Positions 48,010 to 56,807 of a stretch of DNA of 64,000 nucleotides are shown here, piece after piece. The notes below the pieces were generated by a model. It made no database searches, was not told the origin of the DNA, and saw only the letters and a list, made by a program, of their open reading frames with translations. Source of the stretch: Spirochaetia bacterium (GTDB lineage: Bacteria > Spirochaetota > Spirochaetia > DSM-2461). The stretch spans positions 2,016,001 through 2,080,000 of the forward strand of contig OY764216.1 in assembly GCA_963668315.1 (NCBI GenBank). The letters run 5' to 3'. The stretch's first letter is position 1. Every line of letters begins with the position of its first letter. Both the position numbers and the translations under genes were made by a program.

Positions 48010-48477
48010 TTATTTTACTTTTTTCTTCAAGTAATCATATAACGGCGCTCCCTTATCCGCCAGCACTTGCTTGTTCAGGATGAACCCCTGTTTTGCCTTT
48101 GTATAAATAATCAGCATCCCCGATATCTTAATGACCGATTTCAGGTCGGAATAATCCACCGGGGAGCTCTGGTCTCCCGAAGAGATCGTCATGGCGCGGC
48201 TGTCAAAATCCATGGCCATTTCCCGGGGCATGGCTCCGACGATCCTTCGGCTTCGCAGAAAGATCATCAGGGGCTGAAACACCGGAAACAGAAGAATCCC
48301 CGCAGAGATAAGGATTCTGACGGCCGTGCCTGTTTCCGCCCAGAATCGAACGGCCAGAAGGATCATGGAGGCGGTGAACACAATATTCACCATTCCCATC
48401 ATGGAACGGTAAATATTGATCATGCTCAGGACCAGTAGATTGGCCGGTTCTATTCTGTAGCGAAAGCTGAACTTCAA
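48010..48477 (-). CDS. YcxB-like membrane protein
   Basis: Two TMs followed by a PH-like tail; last gene of the TRAP operon. Confidence 0.6.
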   Translation of the reverse strand: MKFSFRYRIEPANLLVLSMINIYRSMMGMVNIVFTASMILLAVRFWAETGTAVRILISAGILLFPVFQPLMIFLRSRRIVGAMPREMAMDFDSRAMTISSGDQSSPVDYSDLKSVIKISGMLIIYTKAKQGFILNKQVLADKGAPLYDYLKKKVK

Positions 48478-48488
48478 TTTCCCGTCCC

Positions 48489-49781
48489 CTATCTGAAGAG
48501 AGAGGGCAGGAAGAGGCTGATCGACGGTATGAAGGTCACCAGCATAAGGGTAATGATCATGAGAACGTAGAAGGGCAGAGTCGCCTTGACCACACGCTCA
48601 ATGTTTACCTTTCCCACGGCGGAACCGATAAAGAGAACCGATCCGACGGGGGGAGTGAGGAGTCCGATACCGCAGTTCAGAATAACCATGACGCCGAACT
48701 GAATGGGGTCGATCCCGATGCTGGTGGCAATGGGGAGCAGGATGGGGGTGGCGATCAGAATGATCGGCGCCATGTCCATGATACAGCCCAGTACCAGGAG
48801 AATCACGTTAAGCATAAGGGCCAGGAGAATGCGGTTGTCCGTCAGTCCCAGAATCGCCTGGGCGGCCAGTGTCGGAACGTTCAGTCTGGTCAGGAGGAAT
48901 CCGAAGATACTGGATGTGGAGATAAGGATCAGTACGATGGAGAGGGTGTTCACACACTGGTCCAGAACTTTCCATACTCCCTTCCAGTTCATTCCCTTGT
49001 AGATGAACACGCTGACAATCAGGCTGTAGATGACGGCGATGGCCGCCGATTCTGTCGCGGTGAATATACCGCCGACAACGCCGACCACGACAATGAGAAC
49101 CGCCGCCAGGGCCCAGAAGGAGATACCTATCTGCTTGAGAAGATTCAGGGGATGAAAGCCGTTGCCCTTGGGGTAGTTGCGCCTTACCGAAATGATGTAG
49201 GAACCGATCATCAGGGTGCCCGCCAGAATCGCCGCGGGAAGGTAGCCGGCCAGGAAGAGGCTTCCTATGGAGATACCGCCTGCGGTCGTCGCGTAGATGA
49301 CCATGTTGTGGCTGGGGGGAACTAGAAGTCCCTCGCAGGAACTGGTAATGGTGACGGCCGTGGAGAAATCGTCGTCGTAGCCCTGCTCCACCATCATGGG
49401 AATCATGATGCTTCCGAGGGATGCCGTATCCGCAGCGGCGGAGCCGGAGATACCTCCGAAGAAGTAGGAGGACACGATATTTACCATCGCCATACCGCCG
49501 CGCATCCAGCCTACACAGGCATCGGCGAGGGCGATCAGCTTTTCGGAAATTCCGCCCGAGCCCATCAGATAACCCATGGTTATAAAGAACGGCACGGCCA
49601 TCAGGCTGAACGAACTGATTCCTTTGACCATCTGCTGGGCCACTGTGGTAAGGGGAAGTCCCTGGTACAGCAGGCAGAGTATCGAGGAAAGGGCCACCGC
49701 ATAGGCGATGGGGAAACGGATAAGGATAAATAGGAAAAAGGTTCCCAGCAGGATGACTATAGCCATAGTATTCACAATCAT
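48489..49781 (-). CDS. dctM: TRAP transporter large permease
   Basis: SLMAVPFF, FGGISGSAAAD, PPSHNM, GLLTPPVG. Confidence 0.93.
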   Translation of the reverse strand: MIVNTMAIVILLGTFFLFILIRFPIAYAVALSSILCLLYQGLPLTTVAQQMVKGISSFSLMAVPFFITMGYLMGSGGISEKLIALADACVGWMRGGMAMVNIVSSYFFGGISGSAAADTASLGSIMIPMMVEQGYDDDFSTAVTITSSCEGLLVPPSHNMVIYATTAGGISIGSLFLAGYLPAAILAGTLMIGSYIISVRRNYPKGNGFHPLNLLKQIGISFWALAAVLIVVVGVVGGIFTATESAAIAVIYSLIVSVFIYKGMNWKGVWKVLDQCVNTLSIVLILISTSSIFGFLLTRLNVPTLAAQAILGLTDNRILLALMLNVILLVLGCIMDMAPIILIATPILLPIATSIGIDPIQFGVMVILNCGIGLLTPPVGSVLFIGSAVGKVNIERVVKATLPFYVLMIITLMLVTFIPSISLFLPSLFR

Positions 49782-50305
49782 TATTCTTCATCCTCCCCGA
49801 GAATAAGCTTTTTTACCTGGTTATATATTGCTTCAAATTCGAAGATAACCATAGCGACTCCCGCCAGGGGAATCGGAAAGTACATCCAGAACCGGGAGAG
49901 ATTGGGCATACTGACGTAAAACCCCCGTGAACCGAGCTTCTGGGCATATCTCCAGCCGACAATGATCATAACGAATCCCAGAATCATAATGGCGATATCG
50001 GAGATCAGATCCAGTACGGCAAGCAGTTTCTTGGGCAGATACCTGTCAAACGCCGTCATACGGATATGGGAATTGCGTCGGATTGCCAGAGCGGCGGACA
50101 GAACCGCCATGTAGGCCATGCAGGAAAGGACGACTTCCTCGCTCCAGGCCGGGTCCGGAATAAAAGACACATATCTTCCGGTAACGGCCATGGCCGTAAT
50201 CGCAATATCCACTATCAGCAGAATCTTGCAGATAAAAAGGACCACATTATCAACATGATCATAAAACGGTTTGATTTTATCGATAGCATGGAAAACCGCT
50301 TTCAT
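49781..50305 (-). CDS. dctQ: TRAP transporter small permease
   Basis: Four TMs; WSEEV…HIRM motif. Confidence 0.9.
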   Translation of the reverse strand: MKAVFHAIDKIKPFYDHVDNVVLFICKILLIVDIAITAMAVTGRYVSFIPDPAWSEEVVLSCMAYMAVLSAALAIRRNSHIRMTAFDRYLPKKLLAVLDLISDIAIMILGFVMIIVGWRYAQKLGSRGFYVSMPNLSRFWMYFPIPLAGVAMVIFEFEAIYNQVKKLILGEDEE

Positions 50306-50327
50306 AGTAACTCCTCATATAAGAACG

Positions 50328-50355
50328 TGGCACAGAAGTATACGCTTCTGTGCCA
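50328..50355. terminator. Intercistronic hairpin between dctP and dctQ
   Basis: TGGCACAGAAG-TATACG-CTTCTGTGCCA, perfect 11-bp stem. Confidence 0.6.
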
Positions 50356-50417
50356 TGGTGGTTTTTTAATTTGTCCCTCTTCCGGCGTAACGGAAAGAAA
50401 CGCCGGAAGGCAGGTCC

Positions 50418-51434
50418 TTACTGCATGTCGACAATCTGCTGGTACAGTGCGGCATTGTCGGCACTGGACTCTTTGATTACCTTGGCACAGGCTTTGACCC
50501 AGGCGCTCTTGTCGGCTACGTCCACAACGGTGGCGCCGGCAGCGGCCAGCTCTTCAAGTACTTTCTTCTCGGCACCTTCGGAGAGTTCTCTGTTGAACTG
50601 GGAAGCGATCTTTCCGGCTTCAACCAGAGCGTCCTGCTGTTTGGCGGACAGTTTGTCCCAGGCTTCGTCGGTGATGATTACCTGAATAGCGCCCAGGGTA
50701 TGACCGTCGAGGATCATGTAGGGAGCCACTTCGTTGAAGGCCTTGGATTTGTAGTTGGCGATGGGCTGCTCGGCAGCGTCGACAACGCCGGTCTGCAGAG
50801 CGGAATAAAGCTCATTGTAGTTGACAACGGTGGGGTCGGCGCCGAGGCCCTGAACCATACCACGGGCAACGGGGTCGTTGGACACGCGGATCTTCAGGCC
50901 GGCCATGTCTTCGATGCTGTTGAGGGGTTTGGTGGAGAAGAAATGTCTGAAACCTTCTTCGCCGTAGAACAGACCGCGGATTCCGGTTCCGTTTTCATGG
51001 GGTTCGAGGAGGAATTCGGGAGCCAGGTCGCTGGCGGCGAATTTCCAGAAATGATCCCTGCCGGTAAAGGTATAGGGGATAGACAGAAGCTTGGATTTCT
51101 CTCCGCCGTAGCTGGTCAGAGCGAAAGCGGAAATACGGGACATATCGATGGTTCCGCCGCCGCCGAGCATGGCATCCAGTACGTCCTGTTCAGCTCCCAG
51201 AACGCCGTTGGCCTGAATATCCAGAAGGACGGTGCCTCCGGAAAGTCTTTCAACTTCTTCTTTGAATTTGGCACCTGTCTGACCTACGATAGAGTCCATG
51301 GGGTTAACTTCGGCGTAAACCAGAGTGACTGTTTTTTCTCCGCCGTCGGCTGCGGCAGCATCGCTCTTACCGTTGGCTGTTACCATCGTTGTGGCCAGAA
51401 TCATTGTTAAAAGAATGATCAGATACTTTTTCAT
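50418..51434 (-). CDS. dctP: TRAP transporter substrate-binding protein
   Basis: EEGFRH, GLKIRV, ELYSALQTGVVDAAEQP. Confidence 0.93.
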   Translation of the reverse strand: MKKYLIILLTMILATTMVTANGKSDAAAADGGEKTVTLVYAEVNPMDSIVGQTGAKFKEEVERLSGGTVLLDIQANGVLGAEQDVLDAMLGGGGTIDMSRISAFALTSYGGEKSKLLSIPYTFTGRDHFWKFAASDLAPEFLLEPHENGTGIRGLFYGEEGFRHFFSTKPLNSIEDMAGLKIRVSNDPVARGMVQGLGADPTVVNYNELYSALQTGVVDAAEQPIANYKSKAFNEVAPYMILDGHTLGAIQVIITDEAWDKLSAKQQDALVEAGKIASQFNRELSEGAEKKVLEELAAAGATVVDVADKSAWVKACAKVIKESSADNAALYQQIVDMQ

Positions 51435-51545
51435 TAAAAACTCCTTGATATTTTAATGCGCCCTCGGCAAAACCTGCCGGAAGGACAATTAATGCTATGA
51501 CGGTTTTCGGGATCCCGCTCTATGGAAGATTTTGAGAATCTCCTT

Positions 51546-51596
51546 GATTGTACTTTGTTGCTATCCAATTGTATTTTGAAACTATCCGATTGTATG
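51546..51596. promoter_or_regulatory. 21-bp tandem direct repeats upstream of dctP (AraC-type operator candidate)
   Basis: GATTGTACTTTGTTGCTATCC / AATTGTATTTTGAAACTATCC / GATTGTATG at 51546, 51567 and 51588. Confidence 0.65.
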
Positions 51597-51687
51597 AATG
51601 GCCCGCGTATAACCCCTCTGAGGCCCCTCTATTTACGATTTTTTCTATTTGGAGTATTCTCTCAAGACCGCTGTACGGGAGGATGGA

Positions 51688-52284
51688 ATGAATATAGTTT
51701 TTGATCTGGGAGGCGTTGTGTTCCGGTGGGATCCGGATGCTATTCTCGCCGAATACTTTCCCGTGGGGGAGGAGCGGGAGCTTGTGGACGCTCTCGTCTT
51801 CAGGCACCGGGACTGGGCGGAAATGGACCGGGGAGCACTGACCTATGAGGAGGCCGCCCGGAGGGGGGCGGAACGCACCGGGCTGGACGAGACGCGGCTC
51901 CGCCGTTTTCTGGACGGGGTGGGGCCCCATCTGATTCCCATGGAAAAATCGACCGCCCTGCTGCGGGAGGTCAAAGCCGCCGGCCATGGGCTCTATCTCC
52001 TTTCCAACATGCACGAACCGGCCGTAAGCTGGCTGGAGAAGTACAATTTCATGAAGCTCTTCGACGGAAAAATCTACTCCTGCCTGGTCGGACAGGTTAA
52101 GCCGGCCCGGGACATTTTTCAGACCCTTCTGAACCGCTTTGCCCTTGAGCCGCGGGATACCCTGTTTATCGACGATACCCCGGGGAATCTGGTGGAACCG
52201 GCCGCCCTGGGTCTGGGAACCATCCTCTTCACCGGGGCCGACCAGTGCCGGTCCGATCTCATTTCCAGGGGCGTTTCTATATAA
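51688..52284 (+). CDS. HAD-family phosphatase (YihX-like)
   Basis: FDLGGV, LLSN, KP..IF, FIDD...N motifs. Confidence 0.9.
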   Translation: MNIVFDLGGVVFRWDPDAILAEYFPVGEERELVDALVFRHRDWAEMDRGALTYEEAARRGAERTGLDETRLRRFLDGVGPHLIPMEKSTALLREVKAAGHGLYLLSNMHEPAVSWLEKYNFMKLFDGKIYSCLVGQVKPARDIFQTLLNRFALEPRDTLFIDDTPGNLVEPAALGLGTILFTGADQCRSDLISRGVSI

Positions 52285-52286
52285 GG

Positions 52287-52385
52287 GCCTTCCCCTGGCG
52301 GGGCGGGCTATCCAGGGCTCCGGGCTGATCGCCCTCCGGCCCTCCGGTCCGGCCGCACAGCGGCCGCCCTTACTATCCCTAAGGC
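52287..52385. repeat. GC-rich structured element (REP/MITE-like candidate)
   Basis: About 100 bp bounded by GCCTT…AAGGC with internal hairpins (e.g. CGGCCGC-ACA-GCGGCCG), between convergent genes. Confidence 0.4.
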
Positions 52386-52417
52386 AAAAAAAAAGATCCA
52401 ATCGAATGATTGGATCT
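52386..52417 (-). terminator. Intrinsic terminator of tRNA-Phe
   Basis: AGATCCAATC-GAAT-GATTGGATCT stem followed by a poly-T run on the minus strand. Confidence 0.85.
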
Positions 52418-52422
52418 ATAGG

Positions 52423-52495
52423 TGCCACCGATGAGATTTGAACTCATGACACAGGGATTTTCAGTCCCCTGCTCTACCGACTGAGCTACAGCGGC
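52423..52495 (-). tRNA. tRNA-Phe (GAA)
   Basis: GCCGCTGTAGCTCAGTCGGTAGAGCAGGGGACTGAAAATCCCTGTGTCATGAGTTCAAATCTCATCGGTGGCA folds as a cloverleaf with anticodon GAA. It is followed by CCT, so CCA is not fully encoded. Promoter TTGACA(52535-52530)-17-TATATT. Confidence 0.97.
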
Positions 52496-52595
52496 ACGTG
52501 AGCAGTAATATATAACAGCGGCAAAAAATTGTCAACCGCCGGTAAAACGTTTTTTTCTCCCGCCCCGCTCACAGAGGAAAATGGACGAGGGAGGG

Positions 52596-53507
52596 CTAGA
52601 ACCGGTACGAAAGGAAGAGATCAACCTTGATTGTATGGAACTGTATGGTCCGGTCGTCGCTTAGCTGAAGGGCATCCGAGTCATCTACGGCGGCGAGCCC
52701 CAGAGAGAAGCGGTCTCCGTGGAAGACGCTCCCCGTCTTAAAATTCACCTTTATCGTGTAATAGGGCTCCAGATCGATATTGGCCTCAAGGAGAGCCGGT
52801 CCGAAACCGGCGCTCAGGCTTGCATAAAGTTCAACGATCCGCCAGTTCAGGGAACCGTAGGCTCCGGCCGACAGGGTGGGGCTGATAAGGGTCATATGTC
52901 TCAGACCCGGCAGGGTCCCGTAGTAGGGAAGATAGGGATCGGGAATCAGGGATGTCTCCGTTTTGAGGGAACGGAAAGACAGGCTGCCCAGGCCGAAAAA
53001 GAAATAGGAGAAAGGGGGCTCTTCTTCCCGGGTGTAGTAAAAGGAGGAAAGATCGGTATTTCCTCCGAGCCTTCGGTAGATATTCAGCGTGAAGGCCCTT
53101 GTCTGAAGTTCCGGATAGGGGAAGAATTCACCTGTGCTGTCCTCACAGAGCACTCCCCGGTAGTTCTGTATATTGAGGTCCCCGCCCCATCTCCCGAGGT
53201 AAAGGGAGCCCTGAAGATCGTAGAAGACTGTTTCCAGATCATATTCGTTTTCCGACGGACTTTGACCGAAGTTATAGCTGAAACCCAGCTGTTCATATCT
53301 TATTCCCAATTTGAAGGCCACCGGATTGTTCGAACCGTAACTCAGATCGGACAGGGACGTTTCCCCGTAGATATCGAAGGAGGAGAGGGGAAGGACATAG
53401 CCTGCCTCTATTTCCCATTTTCCCGTGTCCCCTTGCTCCGCTCCTATAAAGGGCACAGACAATAGTATGAGAAAAATGGTCATAGGGAGGAAAGGAATAA
53501 TCTTCAT
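52596..53507 (-). CDS. Putative outer-membrane beta-barrel protein (DUF4421-like)
   Basis: Signal peptide, amphipathic beta strands, QNYRG motif, terminal SYRF. Confidence 0.6.
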   Translation of the reverse strand: MKIIPFLPMTIFLILLSVPFIGAEQGDTGKWEIEAGYVLPLSSFDIYGETSLSDLSYGSNNPVAFKLGIRYEQLGFSYNFGQSPSENEYDLETVFYDLQGSLYLGRWGGDLNIQNYRGVLCEDSTGEFFPYPELQTRAFTLNIYRRLGGNTDLSSFYYTREEEPPFSYFFFGLGSLSFRSLKTETSLIPDPYLPYYGTLPGLRHMTLISPTLSAGAYGSLNWRIVELYASLSAGFGPALLEANIDLEPYYTIKVNFKTGSVFHGDRFSLGLAAVDDSDALQLSDDRTIQFHTIKVDLFLSYRF

Positions 53508-53640
53508 AGAGCTCCCTTCTGAACTCCTGTCGGATCGCAAAGGATCATGGCTGAGAGAGTTCGCCCTGTCTACTGGAATTATAAATGACGGGAAGGATAT
53601 TTTCCACTGAAAAGGGATAGGCCGTTCAGGGAGGGAAGAT

Positions 53641-53674
53641 AAAAAAGTCCGGCCCGTGATTTCCCGGGCCGGAC
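53641..53674 (-). terminator. Intrinsic terminator after the lipoprotein operon
   Basis: GTCCGGCCCGGGAAATCACGGGCCGGAC followed by TTTTTT on the minus strand. Confidence 0.8.
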
Positions 53675-53722
53675 AGATCTATATAAACCCCGGCCGCAGC
53701 CGGGGGAGGGGGCTTGAGGATC

Positions 53723-55492
53723 TTACGGAAAGATCAGGGGAGTCCGGAAGGACTCGTTTCCCAGGTCCGTTGCCAGATAGGTGTCCAGCAGGATGTAGGT
53801 CCGTGTCTGTACGGTTCCCGTCAGATCGGTGACTTCCAGTGTGGCGCCGTAGCCCGTGACAGCCGTGTTGTCCGAAGCCGTGGCGGCCACATCGTCCAGA
53901 GTCTCGGTAAAGGTCTGGAAAATAGCGGCCAGAGCGTCCGTATCTATACTGATATCGTATCCGGCAAAAGTCGCTAATGAGAGAAGGGAGTCTACCGCGG
54001 TCATACTTTCCTCAAAGGTCAGCAATTCGCTTCCGGTCAGTCCCAGAATCTGAAGGGCCACCGCGTAGTAGGCGTCGTCGAGTGAACCGCTCAGAACGCT
54101 GAAATTAAAGATATTCGCCGTACTTATCTCTGCGGATATCTCATAGCCGTCCAGTGTCCAGGTTCCCGCCATTATGGGCAGAAAGGCGTCCGGCTCCAGG
54201 TTCTCCGTAGCCCAGTTGTCCTGATGGCGGCGGGCGTATACCCCATATGTACCGTCTTCGTTTATATCGGCGATGATCTCCGTGGGCAGGTAGGCCGGGT
54301 TCAGATCGCTTTCATCGTTCAGGCTGTACCAGCGTCCCGTAATATCCGGTGTGAAGGGGGCAAAGTCGGCCAGGTCGATAGTCAGGCTGTTCTCTCCGGA
54401 TGCCAGAACCGCGGTTCGGGTCAGTACCAGATCGTCTCTGTCCGCTTCGCCGGATCCGTCTTTATCAATCAGAAAGCGGAATGTATACTCACCCGTTCCT
54501 TCCCACAGATTCAGGCCGTCCCCTTCGAATACATAGAGGGACTGGGCACTGCCCGTCAGTGTCGTACTGAGTAGGGCGGCGGCTTCCGCTCCGCCGGAGG
54601 GGAGGATTTCCAGAGAGAGGGGCGATCCCGCTTCGTTATCCATACCGGTCAGGTTCACCATGACGATTCCATCCTGGACGCTTTGGTAGTTCACGGTATA
54701 GGCTGCGGTTTCGGCCGTATCGCCCAGAATGATCAGACCGGCGTAGGCCGTTTCGCCCCCGTCCAGAGACGCGGTCAGTACGGTCGGCTGGGTAGGATCG
54801 TGCTCCCCGGCGCTTTCAACGAATGTTCCCTGGCTGTCGGCCTGGAAAAGAAGAGCCTCTCCCTCCGTATCCACAGTCAGTACGGATAGTTCCGCGACGG
54901 AAGGGGTCAGGGAGAACCAGGCTTCCTCCCCCATGGAGGTAAAGCTGTCCGTTCCGTAGACGCTGCTTGTCAGGGTGCCGGACAGGCTGCCCGGCGCGGT
55001 CAGGACTGTCGGGTCGGCGGGAAGCAGGGATACGGTCAGGCTGACCTGGGTAAAACCCATGTCAAAAGGGGCCGATTCTCCTTCGACCAGAACGGTGCCC
55101 GTCGGGGTGCCGTCGAGTATCTGGACCCGTACGGTGTAATTCTGGCCCCAGGGGACTTCCAGCTGTGCCGTCAGGGTTGCCCCGGGATTGTCCAGGGAGC
55201 CGCCGGGAAAGGAGGCTTCGGTCCGGCTCACTTCGGAACCGGCGCTGTCCAGTAGTATCAGGGCGACTTCCCTGGCGAAGAGGTAGGCCCGGCTGACAGG
55301 TTCCGCCGGTTCCAGGGTGCTCTGAAGGGCCGAAGAGATCAGGGGAACCGAAAGGGTCAGCTCGCCCGTTTCCCCCGGGGAGAGGGCGGCGGGACCCGTG
55401 CTGTCCTCGCCTGTATCGTTCATGGGCTGCTCACAGGAGTAGAAGAAAAGGAAAGCTCCTAAAAGCAGGGTGGTCAGTTTTCTCAATTTCAT
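53723..55492 (-). CDS. Large acidic surface lipoprotein with beta-sandwich-like domains
   Basis: Lipoprotein signal …FFYSC; Thr/Ser/Asp-rich; DKDGSGEAD Ca-binding-like motif. Confidence 0.7.
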   Translation of the reverse strand: MKLRKLTTLLLGAFLFFYSCEQPMNDTGEDSTGPAALSPGETGELTLSVPLISSALQSTLEPAEPVSRAYLFAREVALILLDSAGSEVSRTEASFPGGSLDNPGATLTAQLEVPWGQNYTVRVQILDGTPTGTVLVEGESAPFDMGFTQVSLTVSLLPADPTVLTAPGSLSGTLTSSVYGTDSFTSMGEEAWFSLTPSVAELSVLTVDTEGEALLFQADSQGTFVESAGEHDPTQPTVLTASLDGGETAYAGLIILGDTAETAAYTVNYQSVQDGIVMVNLTGMDNEAGSPLSLEILPSGGAEAAALLSTTLTGSAQSLYVFEGDGLNLWEGTGEYTFRFLIDKDGSGEADRDDLVLTRTAVLASGENSLTIDLADFAPFTPDITGRWYSLNDESDLNPAYLPTEIIADINEDGTYGVYARRHQDNWATENLEPDAFLPIMAGTWTLDGYEISAEISTANIFNFSVLSGSLDDAYYAVALQILGLTGSELLTFEESMTAVDSLLSLATFAGYDISIDTDALAAIFQTFTETLDDVAATASDNTAVTGYGATLEVTDLTGTVQTRTYILLDTYLATDLGNESFRTPLIFP

Positions 55493-55508
55493 ATAATACG
55501 CTCCTTGT

Positions 55509-56501
55509 TTACTCTATACCGATGATTACCGTACCGGTGCCGGTGATGCTGATGAGGACGGAATCGCTGTCACTTTCCCCCCGGTCGTCGGTTACGGTCA
55601 GGGTCAGTTCATAGGTCAGACTGCCTTCGGCCATGGCGGCTCCGCTCTCGCCGGAAATGTCAAAGCTGGCCGTTCCGTCGTTTCCGTTGACCAGGCTGTC
55701 GTTTGTCAGAGTGCTTCCCGAGGGAAGGGCGGTGAAACCCCACTCCCATGAAACAATCGTCCCGTCCGGATCGGAGCTGGCTGAACCGTCCACAGTGATA
55801 ATCGTTTCGGCGGCGTCATAGCTCAGGGTCTGGTCGGAGCCGGCGTCGGCCTCGGGGGGGCTATTGGGGGGAGCGGTGACCGTAAGGGTTACGGAATCGC
55901 TGTCCGTCGTTCCCTGATCGTCGGTTACGGTGAGGACGGCCGTGTACACACCCTCGGCGGCGTAGGTATGGGTGATAGAGGCTCCCTCCGCCGATGACCC
56001 GTCGCCCGTATTCCAGCTGTAGGATACCACCGTTCCGTCCGGATCCTGCGTCCCGTCCGAACCGAGGGTGACGCTTTCACCCAGGGTAAGGGTCATGTCG
56101 CCCGTGGAAATGACGGCTGAGGGCGGCTGGTTGATCACCACCGTCGCCGTATCTTCGCCGGTCTGGCCGTTAATGTCGCTTACGGTAAGTCTTACGGTGT
56201 AGGTCCCCGAAGCGGCGTAGGTGTGGGAGACGATTTCCCCCTCGGCGGTGCTGCCGTCTCCGAATTCCCAGCTGTAGGAACTCAGTTCTCCGTCTCCTCC
56301 CGTGCTGGACGATCCGTTAAGATCCAGAGCGTTTCCTGTCTCATACCGTCCGTCCTGTCCCGGAAGATCCTCTGTGGTTATGCTTATATTTGCTTCGGGA
56401 TCGATATATTCCGGCGATTCTACCAGCGCGGGAATCTCACAGGAAAGCAGCAGGAAGAGTGCTGCCGTTCCCTGTATCAAAAGATTTCTTATCCTTCTCA
56501 T
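55509..56501 (-). CDS. PKD-domain lipoprotein (about 3 Ig-like repeats)
   Basis: Lipobox LLSC; WEFGDGS…HTYAASGTYTVRLTV and WNTGDGS…HTYAAEGVY repeats; PEADAGSDQT. Confidence 0.88.
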   Translation of the reverse strand: MRRIRNLLIQGTAALFLLLSCEIPALVESPEYIDPEANISITTEDLPGQDGRYETGNALDLNGSSSTGGDGELSSYSWEFGDGSTAEGEIVSHTYAASGTYTVRLTVSDINGQTGEDTATVVINQPPSAVISTGDMTLTLGESVTLGSDGTQDPDGTVVSYSWNTGDGSSAEGASITHTYAAEGVYTAVLTVTDDQGTTDSDSVTLTVTAPPNSPPEADAGSDQTLSYDAAETIITVDGSASSDPDGTIVSWEWGFTALPSGSTLTNDSLVNGNDGTASFDISGESGAAMAEGSLTYELTLTVTDDRGESDSDSVLISITGTGTVIIGIE

Positions 56502-56807
56502 CTGTTATCTCCTTTTTATGAAAGTGCCTTTGTCCTGTTTTCCGGCTTGTCATAAAAATTACCATAAGAATTGAGAGAGAACCTTTGCCTGTGGTGGGCT
56601 TTCCATGGAATGACCGGGAATATTGTGTGTTTTCTATCAGGGGCTCTTCATAAAGCCGATCGGAGGGGAACAAATTTGTTTTTGGTGAAGCGAATGAAAA
56701 GAAAACATGGGATGGGAAAAAAAAACCCTCGGCTTGACGGTTAGTGATTCTGCCGGTAGAATGTTTTTTTACAGGCGGATTATCCGTACCTGCACAGGGG
56801 AGAAAAT

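Noticed and set aside
51546..51596. 21-bp tandem repeat as a mini-CRISPR or iteron array
   Set aside because: No spacers, under three copies, and no cas or rep gene; better explained as an operator.
51520..52428. 302-aa minus-strand ORF
   Set aside because: Antisense to the HAD gene and runs through the tRNA terminator and repeat element.
52421..52495. tRNA-Phe as an integration site for a mobile element
   Set aside because: No integrase nearby, and I noticed no duplicate of the tRNA 3' end in the window.
56502..56807. Possible c-di-GMP or other riboswitch upstream of the PKD operon
   Set aside because: Only a GGCAAA fragment is present; the conserved GEMM stems and tetraloop/receptor could not be built.
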